A program made the translations under genes and the position numbers. A stretch of 64,000 bases of DNA from Macrostomum lignano (Eukaryota), in NCBI GenBank assembly GCA_002269645.1, contig NIVC01001040.1, positions 62,001 to 126,000 on the forward strand, in the 5' to 3' direction. The notes beneath the pieces are model-generated. The model did no database searches. It was not told the origin of the DNA and was given only the letters and a program-made list of their open reading frames with translations. Every line of letters starts with the position of its first letter. The first letter of the stretch is position 1. Below, one piece after another: positions 36,347-50,348 of the stretch.

Positions 36347-38419
36347 AAGAGACAGGCTGGGATGAAGGGTGAGCGGCAGGGAGGGAGACAGGCTGGGATG
36401 TAGGGTGAGGGGCAGGGAGGGAGACAGGCTGGGATGTAGGGTGAGGGGCAGGGAGAGAGACAGGCTGGGATGAAGGGTGAGGGGCAGGGAGGGAGACAGG
36501 CTGGGATGTAGGGTGAGGGGCAGGGAGGGAGACAGGCTGGGATGTAGGGTGAGGGGCAGGGAGGGAGACAGGCTGGGATGTAGGGTGAGGGGCAGGGAGA
36601 GAGACAGGCTGGGATGAAGGGTGAGGGGCAGGGAGGGAGACAGGCTGGGATGTAGGGTGAGGGGCAGGGAGGGAGACAGGCTGGGATGTAGGGTGAGGGG
36701 CAGGGAGAGAGACAAGCTGGTATGTAGGGTGAGGGACAGTATGAGAGACAGGCTGGGATGTAGGGTGAGGGACAGTATGAGAGACAGGCTGGGATGTAGG
36801 GTGAGGGGCGGGGAGATACAGGCTGGGATGTAGGGTGAGGGGCAGGGAGATACAGGCTGGGATGTAGGGTGAGGGGCAGGGAGAGAGACAGGCTGGGATG
36901 TAGGGTGAGGGGCAGGGAGAGAGACAGGCTCGGATGTAGGGTGAGGGGCGGGGAGAGAGACAGGCTGGGATGTAGGGTGAGGGGCAGAGAGGGAGACAGG
37001 CTGGGATGTAGGGTGAGGGGCAGGGAGAGAGACAGGCTGGGATGTAGAGTGAGGGGCAGGGAGAGAGACAGGCTGGGATGCAGGGTGAGGGACAAGAAGA
37101 GATAGGCTGGGATGCAGTGTGAGGGACAAGAAGAGATAGGCTGGGATGTAGGGTGAGGGGCAGGGAGGGAGAAAGGCTGGGATGTAGGGTGAGGGGCAGG
37201 GAGAGAGACAGGCTGGGATGTAGGGTGAGGGGCAGGGAGAGAGACAGGCTGGGATGTAGGGTAAGGGGCAGGGAGAGAGACAGGCTGGGATGCAGGGTGA
37301 GGGACAAGAAGAGATAGGCTGGGATGCAGGGTGAGGGACAAGAAGAGATAGGCTGGGATGTAGGGTGAGGGGCAGGGAGAGAGACAGGCTGGGATGTAGG
37401 GTGAGGGGCAGGGAGAGAGACAGGCTGGGATGTAGAGTGAGGGGCAGGGAGAGAGACAGGCTGGGATGTAGGGTGAGGGACAAGAAGAGATAGGCTGGGA
37501 TGTAGGGTGAGGAGCAGGGAGGGAGACAGGCTGGGATTTAGGGTGAGGGGCAGGGAGAGAGACAGGCTGGGATTTAGGGTGAGAGGCAGGGAGAGAGACA
37601 GGCTGGGATGTAGGGTGAGGGGCAGGGAGAGAGACAGGCTGGGATTTAGGGTGAGAGGCAGGGAGAGAGACAGGCTGGGATGTAGGGTGAGGGGCAGGGA
37701 GAGAGACAGGCTGGGATGTAGGGTGAGGGGCAGGAAGGGAGACAGGCTGGGATGTAGGGTGAGGGGCAGGGAGGGAGACAGGCTGGGATGTAGGGTGAGG
37801 GGCAGGGAGGGAGACAGGCTGGGATGCAGGGTGAGGGACAGGGAGAGAGACAGGCTGGGATGTAGGGTGAGGGACAGGGAGAGAGACAGGCTGGGATGTA
37901 GGGTGAGGGGCAGGGAGAGAGACAGGCTGGGATGTAGGGTGAGCGGCAGGGAGAGAGACAGGCTGGGATGTAGGGTGAGGGGCAGGAAGGGAGACAGGCT
38001 GGGATGTAGGGTGAGGGGCAGGGAGAGAGACAGGCTGGGATGCAGGGTGAGGGACAGGGAGAGAGACAGGCTGGGATGTAGGGTGAGGGACAGGGAGAGA
38101 GACAGGCTGGGATGTAGGGTGAGGGACAGGGAGAGAGACAGGCTGGGATGTAGGGTGAGGGGCAGGGAGAGAGACAGGCTGGGATGCAGGGTGAGGGGCA
38201 GGAAGGGAGACAGGCTGGGATGTAGGGTGAGGGGCAGGGAGGGAGACAGGCTGGGATGTAGGGTGAGGGGCAGGGAGAGAGACAGGCTGGGATGTAGGGT
38301 GAGGGGCAGGAAGGGAGACAGGCTGGGATGTAGGGTGAGGGACAGGGAGAGAGACAGGCTGGGATGCAGGGTGAGGGGCAGAGAGGGAGACAGGCTGGGA
38401 TGTAGGGTGAGGGGCAGGG
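36347..38419 (+). repeat. 36-bp G-rich minisatellite, copy A array 2 (~57 units)
   Basis: Same unit family as 21358-27325. Confidence 0.97.
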
Positions 38420-39099
38420 TTAGTCGCCGGCCCATGGGAGGGGCCAATTTCGATACTGCATGGTTGGACACCCACAAAAACTCCAAGAAACATGAAAAAG
38501 CGCATAAAACCCGGTACGGCAGCTGCCAGCAATCTCTATGCATCGCTTCTTTGGCTCTCGCGGATATACGAGTATAATCTGCCAATCTAAAAATATTTTT
38601 AATCTCCGCAAACAATATCGCTTACAGTAAGCTACTCATAAGACTGGTGCGGCAAGCATATCCTTGTTGTAAAAGAGAATACCCGTATAGCATATTAGGA
38701 AAATGTATTGCCAACTGCTCATCAAGGAGTCACCAAGCAACAATCAATCCGAATTGGTTTGCGATGTGAAGTTTTTCAGTGGCGATAAAACTGTAATAAA
38801 TAGTAATTTATTAGTTAGAAAACTTTTGAATAATCACAGGGTAAAAAACTGAACGAAAAGAAAAAATATTATAAGAAAAAAAGTTCACATTAATTAAGTA
38901 AGGTTAAACAAATCAACTTTAGTAGACATGGGACAATTAGATTAAAGTGCACTTGAGCAGAAGGGGCCAAAAATTAACGTAATTGAGAATGGTAAAGCAG
39001 ATCCACTTAAGTAAGCATCGGAGCCGAATACCAGCTACCAGCATACGGTGGGTTTGAGCTGAAGGCCATGGAAACACAGCAGTCAAGAGAAGCATAATA

Positions 39100-39528
39100 C
39101 TGAGTTGGTTAAACTGTGCTCAGTAAGCCTCAGTTGGTTAAACTGTGCTCAGTAAGCCTGAGTTGATTAAACTGTGCTCAGTAAGCCTGAGTTGGTTAAA
39201 CTGTGCTCAGTAAGCCTGAGTTGATTAAACTGTGCTCAGTAAGCCTGAGTTGGTTAAACTGTGCTCAGTAAGCCTGAGTTGATTAAACTGTGCTCAGTAA
39301 GCCTGAGTTGGTTAAACTGTGCTCAGTAAGCCTGAGTTGATTAAACTGTGCTCAGTAAGCCTGAGTTGGTTAAACTGTGCTCAGTAAGCCTGAGTTGGTT
39401 AAACTGTGCTAAATAAGACTGAGTTGGTTAAACTGTGCTCAGTAAGCCTGAGTTGATTAAACTGTGCTCAGTAAGCCTGAGTTGGTTAAACTGTGCTCAG
39501 TAAGCCTGAGTTGGTTAAACTGTGCTCA
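39100..39528. repeat. 29-bp tandem repeat, copy B (~15 units)
   Basis: Same unit as 9320-9529. Confidence 0.95.
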
Positions 39529-39724
39529 CAGATTGTCATTCTGAGTTGGTATCGATTTTTTAATCAATGCAATCTGGAGACTGTGCAGAATGTCATCGAA
39601 TAATTTTGATGGCACGGCAACTCTACAATTATGAGATTATGAGGTCCATGTTTATTGTTAATTTACTTGGATGCCTTTGATTAATTTATAACAAATCGTT
39701 CGTTTAGCATTTAGGCATTGATTT

Positions 39725-40180
39725 AGGTCATAGACAATTGCGGTCATACCCAGTAGGTCATAGACAATTGCGTTCATGCTCAGTAGGTCATAGACAATTG
39801 CGTTCATGCTCAGTAGGTCATAGACAATTGCGTTCATGCTCAGTAGGTCATAGACAATTGCGGTCATCCTCAGTAGGTCATAGACAATTGCGGTCATACT
39901 CAGTAGGTCATCAGACAATTGCGGTCATGCTCAGTAGGTCATAGGCAATTGCGGTCATACTCAGTAGGTCATCAGACAATTGCGGTCATGCTCAGTAGGT
40001 CATAGACAATTGCGGTCATGCTCAGTAGGTCATAGACAATCGCGGTCATGCTCAGTAGGTCATAGACAATTGCGGTTATGCTCAGTAGGTCATAGACAAT
40101 CGCGGTCATACTCAGTAGGTCATAGACAATTGCGGTCATGCTCAGTGGGTCATAGACAATTAGGGTCATACTCAGTACAT
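39725..40180. repeat. 30-bp minisatellite, copy B
   Basis: Same unit as 9707-10190. Confidence 0.95.
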
Positions 40181-40514
40181 GTAGATCATAGACAATCATG
40201 ATCACAACTCGTACATGTAGGGTAGCTGTGAAGAATCGGTCATAAACAGTACATGAATTCAACGATCAAAATTAACAATAGCATGAAGCCTACGAACCCC
40301 TTTTACCTTCTATTCTACGCCCTTTCCCCTGATCTTACCCTCACCAGAATCTCACCCGAGTTTCACCAGAATCTCACAAAGATGGGGACAAAGCGACATG
40401 ACATGCATGAATTAATAATTCTCCGATGTACGCCTGCATGCAGCCTACCAGAAAATTATGATAACTTTGCTGGATATGAGAGGGTAGAGAGAAGAGTAAA
40501 GAAGACTGTCATAT

Positions 40515-42330
40515 CAAACAGGAAATTCCCGTGTCTAACAGGAGACTCCCATGTCTAACAGGAGACTCCCATGTCTAACAGGAGACTCCCATGTCTAACA
40601 GGAGACTCCCATGTCTAACAGGAGACTCCCATGTCTAACAGGAGACTCTCATGTCTAACAGGAGACTCCCATGTCTAACAGGAGACTCTCATGTCTAACA
40701 GGAGACTCCCATGTCTAACAGAAGACTCCCATGTTTAACAGGAGACTCCCATGTCTAACAGGAGACTCCCATGTCTAACAGGAGACTCCCATGTCTAACA
40801 GGAGACTGCCATGTCTAACAGGAGACTCCCATGTCTAACAGGAGACTCCCATGTCTAACAGGAGACTCCCATGTCTAGCAGGAGACTCCCATGTCTAACA
40901 GGAGACTGCCATGTCTAACAGGAGACTGCCATGTCTAACAGGAGACTCCCATGTCTAACAAGAGACTCCCATGTCTAACAGGAGACTCCCATGTCTAACA
41001 GGAGACTCCCATGTCTAACAGGAGACTCCCATGTCTAACAGGAGACTCTCATGTCTAACAGGAGACTGCTATGTCTAACAGGAGACTCCCATGTCTAACA
41101 GGAGACTCCCATGTCTAACAGGAGACTCCCATGTCTAACAGGAGACTCCCATGTCTAACAGGAGACTCCCATGTCTAACAGGAGACTCCCATGTCTAACA
41201 GGAGACTGCCATGTCTAACAGGAGACTGCCATGTCTAACAGGAGACTCCCATGTCTAACAGGAGACTCCCATGTCTAACAGGAGACTGCCATGTCTAACA
41301 GGAGACTCCCATGTCTAACAAGAGGCTCCCATGTCTAACAGGAGACTCCCATGTCTAACAGGAGACTCCCATGTCTAACAGGAGACTCCCATGTCTAACA
41401 GGAGACTCTCATGTCTAACAGGAGACTCCCATGTCTAACAGGAGACTCCCATGTCTAACAGGAGACTCCCATGTCTAACAGGAGACTCCCATGTCTAGCA
41501 GGAGACTCCCGATCCCATGTCTAACAGGAGACTCCCATGTCTAACAGGAGACTCCCATGTCTAACAGGAGACTCCCATGTCTAAAGGAGACTCCCATGTC
41601 TAACAGGAGACTCCCATGTCTAACAGGAGACTGCCATGTCTAACAGGAGACTCCCATGTCTAACAGGAGACTCCCATGTCTAACAGGAGACTCCCATGTC
41701 TAACAGGAGACTGCCATGTCTAACAGGAGACTCCCATGTCTAACAAGAGGCTCCCATGTCTAACAGGAGACTCTCATGTCTAACAGGAGACTCCCATGTC
41801 TAACAGGAGACTCCCATGTCCAACAGGAGACTCCCATGTCTAACAGGAGACTCCCATGTCTAACAGGAGACTCCCATGTCTAACAGGAGACTCCCATGTC
41901 TAACAGGAGACTCCCATGTCTAACAGGAGACTCCCATGTCTAACAGGAGACTCCCATGTCTAACAGGAGACTCCCATGTCTAACAGGAGACTCCCATGTC
42001 TAGCAGGAGACTCCTGATCCCATGTCTAACAGGAGACTGCCATGTCTAACAGGAGACTCCCATGTCTAACAGGAGACTCCCATGTCTAACAGGAGACTCC
42101 CATGTCTAACAGGAGACTCCCATGTCTAACAGGAGACTCCCATGTCTAACAGGAGACTCCCATGTCTAACAGGAGACTCCCATGTCTAACAGGAGACTCC
42201 CATGTCTAACAGGAGACTCCCATGTCTAACAGGAGACTCTCATGTCTAACAGGAGACTCCCATGTCTAACAGGAGACTCCCATGTCTAACAGGAGACTCC
42301 CATGTCTAACAGGACACCATGTCTAACAGC
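40515..42330. repeat. 20-bp minisatellite, copy B (~90 units)
   Basis: AACAGGAGACTCCCATGTCT; about five times longer than in copy A. Confidence 0.97.
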
Positions 42331-42998
42331 AAGAGTGTGCATTCAGTTTAAAACCATACTCTGCTATCTAGAGTAGTCTCAAAAGTGTTTTCCCACCAAA
42401 TTCGGTCCAAACAAAAGCAGAAATGCGGTTCTATTCTCATTTTCCTGCTCAAAACAGCGGCTGAGGTGGCTGAGCAGCCCTCATGCCCGCCATTGTCTCA
42501 GTTCAATGCAATGCGAAGCCACTGCAAACACTTATTTATGTACATTTCACAGCGCACTGAGTGAGCACAGACTCAAGTGTCTGCCAGCATCATTGATGCA
42601 GCATCAGCTGTTCAAAAGAGATGCACAGAATGGCTGATGCTCGTTTGAACACACTTTTGTGCAGATGAAGCAACAAGCAGCACCACCCAGCCTCCAGGTG
42701 AGCACATTGCTCATCTGTCCACAGACTCTCCGTGCTCGAGTCTCCCCCGTTGCCATGGCAACTGGAGCAGCTCTGCAGCGTCTCTGCAGTTAAGGGCTCT
42801 GCACATCTCTTTGCTCACTGCGTGAGGGGCCGAGCCGTGGGGCAGCCTCAGACTTCATGACACTCTGCAAGCCCTTTGAAAACAATGGCCAGCTTCACTG
42901 CATGCCTGCTTCATCAGCTCTGCCTTCCTCCCACTGTTGTGTGCATTGCACTGAGTGAGGCTCAGAAATGATGCTGCGAAATATTGAAATATGAAATG

Positions 42999-43146
42999 GG
43001 ACACAGCGGGTCACGGCAAGTCAGGACACAGCGGGTCACGGCAAGTCAGGACACAGCGGGTCACGGCAAGTCAGGACACAGCGGGTCACGGCAAGTCAGG
43101 ACACAGCGGGTCACGGCAAGTCAGGACACAGCGGGTCACGGCAAGC
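42999..43146. repeat. 25-bp minisatellite, copy B (~6 units)
   Basis: Same unit as 11590-11937. Confidence 0.93.
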
Positions 43147-43634
43147 CAAGCGGTGGCTGTATATTTAACTGAGAACTCTTGAGTAAGCACCGGACTTCCT
43201 GCTCCAACAGTTGCTAATAAAAAGTCAGTCCAAAAATCAAATACAAAAATCAGAGCCGGAAAAAGCGCCAAACCGGTGGCTGAAAAATGTGAAAAATTCT
43301 CGGCAACAGAAAATCTGGAGTAGGCAGTGAGCAGTCTGAGCAGATTGGGGAAATTGTGATTGGCTTTGTGCCAGAGTTTCAAAATCAACATTGATCAGCT
43401 TGAAACTGGAATGGCACTCGAGTCAGCTCAAAAATGTCTCATTAATTGAAAGGAGCAACCGGTAAAACAAACCCGGCAGTCAAATAAACAAAATTTGAAT
43501 TCCGAATCGCAGACGAATAAACAAAACTGTGATTGGATAACTGATCCGGGCATCGGGAAGCAGCAGGTGATCAATAGACAAAACGATAATTCAAAATTTA
43601 AAATCTGAATGAGCAGTTCGAACAAACAAAGCAG

Positions 43635-44180
43635 CCGGATAAACAAAATGCCCAATCGGATAAACAAAATGGGCAATCGGATAAACAAAATGGGCAATCA
43701 GATGAACAAAAACGGCAATCGGATAAACAAAAAGGGCAATCGGATAAACAAAAAGGGCAATCAAATAAACAAAAAGGTCAATCGGATAAACAAAAAGGAC
43801 AATCGGATAAACAAAAAAGGGCAATCAGATAAACAAAAAGTTCAATCGGATAAACAAAAAGGGCAATCAAATAAACAAAAAGGGCAATCAGATAAACAAA
43901 AAAGGGCAATCAGATAAACAAAAAGGTCAATCGGATAAACAAAAAGGGCAATCAAATAAACAAAAAGGGCAATCAGATAAACAAAAAAGGGCAATCAGAT
44001 AAACAAAAAGGTCAATCGGATAAACAAAAAGGGCAATCGGATAAACAAAAAGAGCAATCGGATAAACAAAAAGAGCAATCGAATAAACAAAAAGGTCAAT
44101 CAGATAAACAGAAAGGGCAATCGAATAAACAAAAAGGCAATCAGATAAACAAAAAGAGCAATCAGATAAACAAAAAACAT
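43635..44180. repeat. 21-bp minisatellite, copy B
   Basis: Same unit as 12438-12925. Confidence 0.92.
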
Positions 44181-44243
44181 CACCAAGCAAAACCGGCCGC
44201 TCCAAGAGCCGCTCCGCTCCCTCACAGCCCATCGCTCTCGCAG

Positions 44244-44729
44244 TCAGGATGAGGCACTCAGGAAGCTGTGCCGCAGCAGCTCCGCGGTGTCCGCTCGCTT
44301 CCTCGGGTCATAGTCTACGCACCTGAGGTAGAAGTCCTTCAGGCCGGCTGAGAACCCGTCCGCAATCCGAGGCATCTTCTGCTTTCTAAACCGCAGAATG
44401 CCAATATTTTCAATTGGCTGGTCTCCATCAGGAGGCTGCATGGCCGTCAGCTCATACACGGTGCAGCCGAAGGCCCACACGTCGGTCTTGGCTGAGTACA
44501 GAAGTGATTTCAATTTTGTGTCGAACAGCTCCGGAGCCATGAAGTACATGGTACCTTTTGGTCCGAAGCCTGTGCTAAGACCGCAGGTCTTCTCAATCTC
44601 CTTGGCCAGACCGAAGTCGATCAGCTTGATGACGCCCTCGTTGGTGAGCATAATATTGGAGCTCTTAATGTCACGGTGCAAGATAGCGCCCTCCGGCTGG
44701 CAGTGCAGAAAGTTCAGGCCTGAGCAGAT
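44244..44729 (-). CDS. Ser/Thr kinase C-lobe terminal exon, copy B
   Basis: Acceptor CTCCTGCAG|ATC; 486 nt open; [21 protein letters not shown]. Confidence 0.88.
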   Translation of the reverse strand: MCSGLNFLHCQPEGAILHRDIKSSNIMLTNEGVIKLIDFGLAKEIEKTCGLSTGFGPKGTMYFMAPELFDTKLKSLLYSAKTDVWAFGCTVYELTAMQPPDGDQPIENIGILRFRKQKMPRIADGFSAGLKDFYLRCVDYDPRKRADTAELLRHSFLSASS

Positions 44730-44945
44730 CTGCAGGAGCAGTTTTGAGCAGTCATGAGACCCCATACCTGCTCCCACCCACACTGATCCCACACTAATCC
44801 CACACTGATCCCACACTGATCCCACACTGATCCCACACTGATCCCACACTGATCCCACACAGATCCCACGCTGATCCCACACTGATCCCACACTAATCCC
44901 ACATCCCACCCATGCCAGGCAATGCCAGAGAACTCAGACACGCAC

Positions 44946-45330
44946 CTGTCTGGAGAAGTCCCTGACCCCGGACTCCTTGAACGGCTTTTTTTGACGCTGC
45001 ATCAGCTCAAAGAGGCTGTGACCCGAGACCAGCTCGGTGAAGATGTACAGCCCATCCGACTTCTGCTCGCACTTGAGGAACTGCAGGATGTTGGGATGCG
45101 AGAGTCGCTTGAGGATCTCAACTCCCCGCTTCTCCATCTCGACGGCTCTCTGCAGCTTCCCCGATTGGCCGGTGCCGCTCAGGGGCAGCACCTTGACAGC
45201 CACCGTCTGGTTGCGGTCTGTGAGGGCCTTGTACACCTCACCGAATCCGCCACGGCCGATGAGCTGCTTCTTGTCGTCCTGCAGAATGAAGTCCCAGTCG
45301 GTGAAGCTGGGGTCCAGCTGCTTCTTGGCG
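44946..45330 (-). CDS. Ser/Thr kinase N-lobe exon, copy B
   Basis: TTTCAG|C...CAG|GTGCGT; 385 nt open; 5 aa differences from copy A. Confidence 0.87.
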
Positions 45331-45404
45331 CTGAAACATGAAATGAAGGAATTGATGAATTTTGTGTTGCTTGGGGCTTTCTGAGTACTTTGGAGTCACT
45401 CAGC

Positions 45405-45699
45405 CTTCTGCGTCACTACTCTTATGCGTCACCATCCTTATGCGTCACCACCCTTCTGCGTCACCAGCCTTCTGCGTCAACCACCCTTCTGCGTCACCAC
45501 CCTTCTGCGTCACCAACCTTCTGCGTCACCAGCCTTCTGCGTCACCACCCTTCTGCGTCACCACCCTTCTGCGTCACCACCCTTCTGCGTCACCACCCTT
45601 CTGCGTCACCACCCTTCTGCGTCACCACCCTTCTGCGTCACCACCCTTCTGCGTCACCACCCTTCTGCGTCACCACCCTTCTGCGTCACCACCCTTCTG
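45405..45699. repeat. 16-bp minisatellite, copy B (~18 units)
   Basis: CTTCTGCGTCACCACC. Confidence 0.95.
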
Positions 45700-45710
45700 C
45701 CATGAGCATC

Positions 45711-45785
45711 CTCGGGTGCCATGAAGTGCCAGGTTCCTTTTGGCTGGGTGCCTGCGCTCAGACTGCAGGTTTTGACGAGTTCACC
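45711..45785 (-). pseudogene. Orphan kinase activation-segment fragment, copy B (LVKTCSLSAGTQPKGTWHFMAPE)
   Basis: 48/63 nt identical, ungapped, to the KTC...APE codons of the copy-B kinase (hand count). Confidence 0.75.
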
Positions 45786-46249
45786 AACTGTCGCCTCATC
45801 ATTTCTCACCGAGTCTCCTCAGGCAGTCCGACCGGAGTCGGCCCAGTCGGCTGGACGCTCTGTCGAGCTCGTGGGCGGGGACGCGGAGCTGCAGCGCTGT
45901 AGGAAGAGTTTTACGAGTGAGCCGTTAAACATGTCTGGGTCGCCAAGACGGCACTTGAACTCTGCTAATGCTTCGTGAATAAGAAGCCCTGCAGATTGAG
46001 CTTTGGGTGGCGCTATATGGACATTGGGGACGCGATCGGGAGATAGCGGCGCCACGAAGAGATTTTGAACATATTATATTTAACATATTACATATTACAA
46101 CATATTACATATTATATTATATTTTGAACATCACACCAAGTACATTCCTACTAAAATCGGAGAGTTTGAAACTTCGGAGAGTTTGATGGCACTTGAACTC
46201 GCTGATGCTTTGTGTTAAAAAACTCCTGCAGATTGAGATGTGGGTGGGG

Positions 46250-46458
46250 GGCGCCATGAGGAGATTGGGGGCGCCATGGGAGATTGGAGGCGCCATGGGG
46301 AGGTTTAAGTCGCCATGGGGAGATTGGAGGCGCCATGGGGAGGTTGGGAGGCGCCATGGGGAGGTTGAGGGCGCCATGGGGAGGTTGGGGGCGCCATGGG
46401 GAGGTTGGGAGGCGCCATGGGGAGGTTGAGGCGCCATGCGAGGTTGGGGGCGCCATGA
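46250..46458. repeat. 20-bp minisatellite, copy B (~10 units)
   Basis: GGCGCCATGGGGAG(A/G)TTGG. Confidence 0.9.
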
Positions 46459-46608
46459 GGAGCTGCACTGACAGATTCATGACGCCCTCGCTTGACTGCT
46501 GCGCTGCTGAGAATTTCAGGGCGCCGATCATCAAAGCGCAATGAATTTTCGCCAAACAATATTTTCAGTATTTTCAGTGTCAGGCAGCAGCTCTCAGTCA
46601 AGACTCAC

Positions 46609-47280
46609 CCAGCTGAGGCGGCAGTCGGCGCTGAGCTGCCAGCAGGAGGCCGAGAGGCTTCGAGCCGCCGCTGCGTAAAGGAAATCCAGGCCCGCTTTTC
46701 TGACTGGTCTCGATAGCGATAACTCTCAACATAATCAGCCAGTGTTTCGCCCTTGTTGTTCTTCAAGCTGAACATTTCGGCTCCGATTTGGTCAAAAATG
46801 AACTGAAGAGAGCCGACTGGCTGCAACTGAGCGGCCAAATGGACGGCCGTGTTCCCGTATTCGTCAGGAACTGTGAGACAGTCGCTGCCGAGCTCCTTCA
46901 CCAGCCACTTCAGATTTGAATTGTCAGACTTCTGAGCAGCAAAGTGAAATGCTGTTCCATCATCATCTCCCTTCAGCTGAAAGCAGTCAGTTCCGATCTG
47001 TCCCTTGATCCACTCCAGCGACTCGATGCCCTGATGCTCAGCGGCCAAATGGACGGCCGTGTTACCGCATTTGTCAGGAACTGTGAGACAGTCGCTGCCG
47101 AGCTCCTTCACCAGCCACTTCAGCTTTGAATTGTCAGACTCCTCAGCAGCAAAGTGAAATGCCGTTTTATCCAACCATCCCTTCAGCCGAAAGCAGTCAG
47201 TTCCGATCTGTCTCTTGATCCACTCCAGCGACTCGATGCCCTGATGCCAAGCAGCCAAATGGACGGCCGTGGTACCGTAT
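46609..47280 (-). pseudogene. 5'-truncated ankyrin-repeat exon, copy B
   Basis: Open remainder (5 repeats plus cap) with the GTGAGT donor intact, but the ATG and N-terminal ~230 codons are deleted at 47280/47289. Confidence 0.8.
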
Positions 47281-48082
47281 CTGAGTTATGCTGAGTTAAA
47301 CAATGAGAGCTGACTGTGGCTGCGTGCTCGGCATAGCAAGTGCATTGCCAGTGGGCAGGGGTGAAGGGGCGGCAGCTGAGACACGAGGGGAGAGAGATGG
47401 AGGGGGGAGGGAGGGCAGGGCTGAGGCCTGGAAACCAAGCGGAGCTCTCTGACGATTTTCAATTCAGTTTGCAATTGTATGGCAAAAATTTTGCAGAAAA
47501 ATGCTTATAACTGAGGATTTTTTGTTGCTGAACTCGAAACAGATGGAGAATGGTCGCTTGGGTTTGCCAGCGACACTTTAAGTCAGTATCTAACAGGTGA
47601 CGTCAGTATCTAACAGGTGACATCAGTGTCTAACATGTCACTCTAGTATCTAACAGGTGACGTCAGTATCTAACAGGTGACACCAGTATCTAACAGGTGA
47701 CATCAGTATCTAACAGGTGACATCAGTATCAAAAAGGTGACATCAGTATCTAACAGGTGACATCGATATCTAACAGGTGACATAAGTGTCTCACAGCTGA
47801 CATCAGTATCTAATACGTGACTTCTTTATCTAACAGGTGACGTCAGTATCTAACAGGTGACGTCAGTATCTAACAGGTGACATCAGTATCATACAAGTGA
47901 CATCAGTATCTAACAGGCGATATCGGTATCAAACACGTGACACCATTATCTAACAGGTGACATCAGTATCTAACAGGTGACATCAGTATCATACAAGTGA
48001 CATCAGTATCTAACAGGCGATATCGGTATCAAACACGTGACACCATTATCTAACAGGTGACATCAGTATCTAACAGGTGACA

Positions 48083-49478
48083 TCAGTATCGTGCGTGCGT
48101 GTAATTGATTTTTTCGAGAATGGCTCAACCGATTCTCTTCAAACTTGCACCATTCGATCAGAAATTTTCCTGGGATGGTGCATGCATCTTGGCTAAGAAA
48201 TTGATCAATATTAAAGGAATTAAATATTCGAAAAAACTGATTTTCTGCAAAGGTCAAGCAGCTCTTTCGACCTGAAATGCATTGTAAAAATGCTAGAGAA
48301 AAACCTGACTGACTGAATTTCAATTCTGATAAAGATTGCATCACAGCAAGTTGAAAACAGTGCCAAAGAAATGCACACACGACTTGATTTAAATTGCGTA
48401 ACCATATTGCTAACTTAAATTGAGACTGATACTGGCTGACTGAGAAATTGATTATGTCATAACTTTTTACTCTAACCGATTTGCTATAAGAATGAATTAT
48501 AAGGGCCACAATTCATGTTCTCCAATCGACAAGAGATAGCATAGATGCGAACAGACTGGACTGCTAATTCAGCGACCTGGGTTCGAATCTAAGTAGTGCA
48601 AAATAATTTTTTTATTAAAACATCTTAAAAACAAAATGCTAAGCATAAAAGAAGCACAATGTCAAACAAAAGTGGCACCATTTCAAACATTAAAGGCCAC
48701 CATGTCAAACATATATGTGACTCCATGTCTAACATTAAAGAGCCACCATGTCAAACATTAAAGAGCCACCATGTCGAACATTAAAGAGCCATCATGTCGA
48801 ACATTAAAGAGCCACCATGGTGAACATTAAGAAGCCATCATTACAGACATTAAGGTGCCACCAGGTCAAACATTAAAGAGCCACCATGTCGAACATAAAA
48901 GAGCCACTATGTCAAACATCAACGAGTCACCATGTCAAGCGTATAAGTGACTCCATGTCAGACATTAAAGAGCCATCATTGCAGACATTAAGATGCCACC
49001 AGGTCAAACATTAAAAAGCCACCATGTCAAACATAAAAGAGCCACCATGTCAAACATTAAAGAGCCACCATGTCGAACATAAAAGAGCACCATGTCGAAC
49101 ATTAAAGAGCCATCATTACAGACATTAAGATGCCACCAGGTCAAACATTAAAGAGCCACCATGTCAAACACAAAACAGCTACCATGTCAAACATAAATGG
49201 GGTGCCTACTATCTTGGAGTGCTTGCTATCTGGGGGTGCTTGCTATTAGGTGGATGCTTGCTATCTGGGGTGCCTGCTATCTGGAGATGCTTGCTATCTG
49301 GGGGTGCTTGCTATCTGGGGGGTTGCTTGCTGTCCTGGGATGTTTTCTTTTTGCATTACACTTCATTTGAGCAGTTTTTCTATTGTCTATGTGAAGGCTT
49401 TATTTGGCCGTCTTTTTGATACTTGTAGAGAGCTAGAGATTCTATCTAGATGCCCCCATCGGGGGCGAAGATTGCTAG
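48083..49478 (+). mobile_element. Non-autonomous Helitron-like element inserted in the 20-bp array
   Basis: Inserted at host A|T (GACA|TCAGTATCTAAC); 5' TC; 3' hairpin GCCCCC-ATC-GGGGGC, 8 nt, then CTAG (49475-49478); no TSD needed; 5' (GTGC)n plus GAGAATGGCTCAACCGATTCTCTTCAAAC; internal 23-bp and ~17-bp tandem repeats. Confidence 0.72.
48655..49195. repeat. ~23-bp degenerate tandem repeat inside the Helitron-like element
   Basis: ATGTCAAACATTAAAGAGCCACC. Confidence 0.88.
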
Positions 49479-49787
49479 TCAGTATCTAACAGGTGACATC
49501 AGTATCTAACAGGTGACATCAGTATCTAACAAGTGACATCAGTATCTCACAGGTGACATCAATATCTAACACGTGACATCAATATCTAACAGGTGACATC
49601 AGTATCTAACAGGTGACCTGGGTATCTAACAGGTGACACCAATATCTAACAGGTTACACCAGTATCTAACAGGTTACACCAGTATCTAACAGGTGACATC
49701 TGTGGCAAAGTGCCACTGGACTGATCTGAGGTTGCTTGGGGTGTAGGGTTGCGTGGGCACGTTGATTATTGCTTAAGTAGCTCGTAA

Positions 49788-50348
49788 GGGGTTCTAGCTA
49801 TCTGGGGTGCTTGCTATTAGGTGGATGCTTGCTATCTGGGGTGCCTGCTATCTTGGAGTGCTTGCTATCTGGGGGTGCTTGCTATTAGGTGGATGCTTGC
49901 TATCTGGGGTGCCTGCTATCTGGAGATGCTTGCTATCTGGGGGTGCTTGCTATCTGGGGGGTTGCTTGCTGTCCTGGGATGTTTTCTTTTTGCATTGCAC
50001 TTCATTTGAGCAGTTTTTCTATTGTCTATGTGAAGGCTTTATTTGGCCGTCTTTTTGATACTTGTAGAGAGCTAGAGATTCTATCTAGATGCCCCCCATC
50101 GGGGGGCGAAGATTGCTAGTCAGTATCTAACAGGTGACATCAGTATCTAACAGGTGACCTCGGTATCTAACATTTGACACCAATATCTAACAGGTTACAC
50201 CAGTATCTAACAGGTTACACCAGTATCTAACAGGTTACACCAGTATCTAACAGGTGACATCTGTGGCAAAGTGCCACTGGACTGATCTGAGGTTGCTTGG
50301 GGTGTAGGGTTGCGTGGGCACGTTGATTATTGCTTAAGTAGCTCGTAA
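49788..50348 (+). repeat. ~560-bp tandem duplication of the Helitron 3' end plus downstream flank
   Basis: Repeats 49201-49787; second hairpin + CTAG at 50091-50119. Confidence 0.9.
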
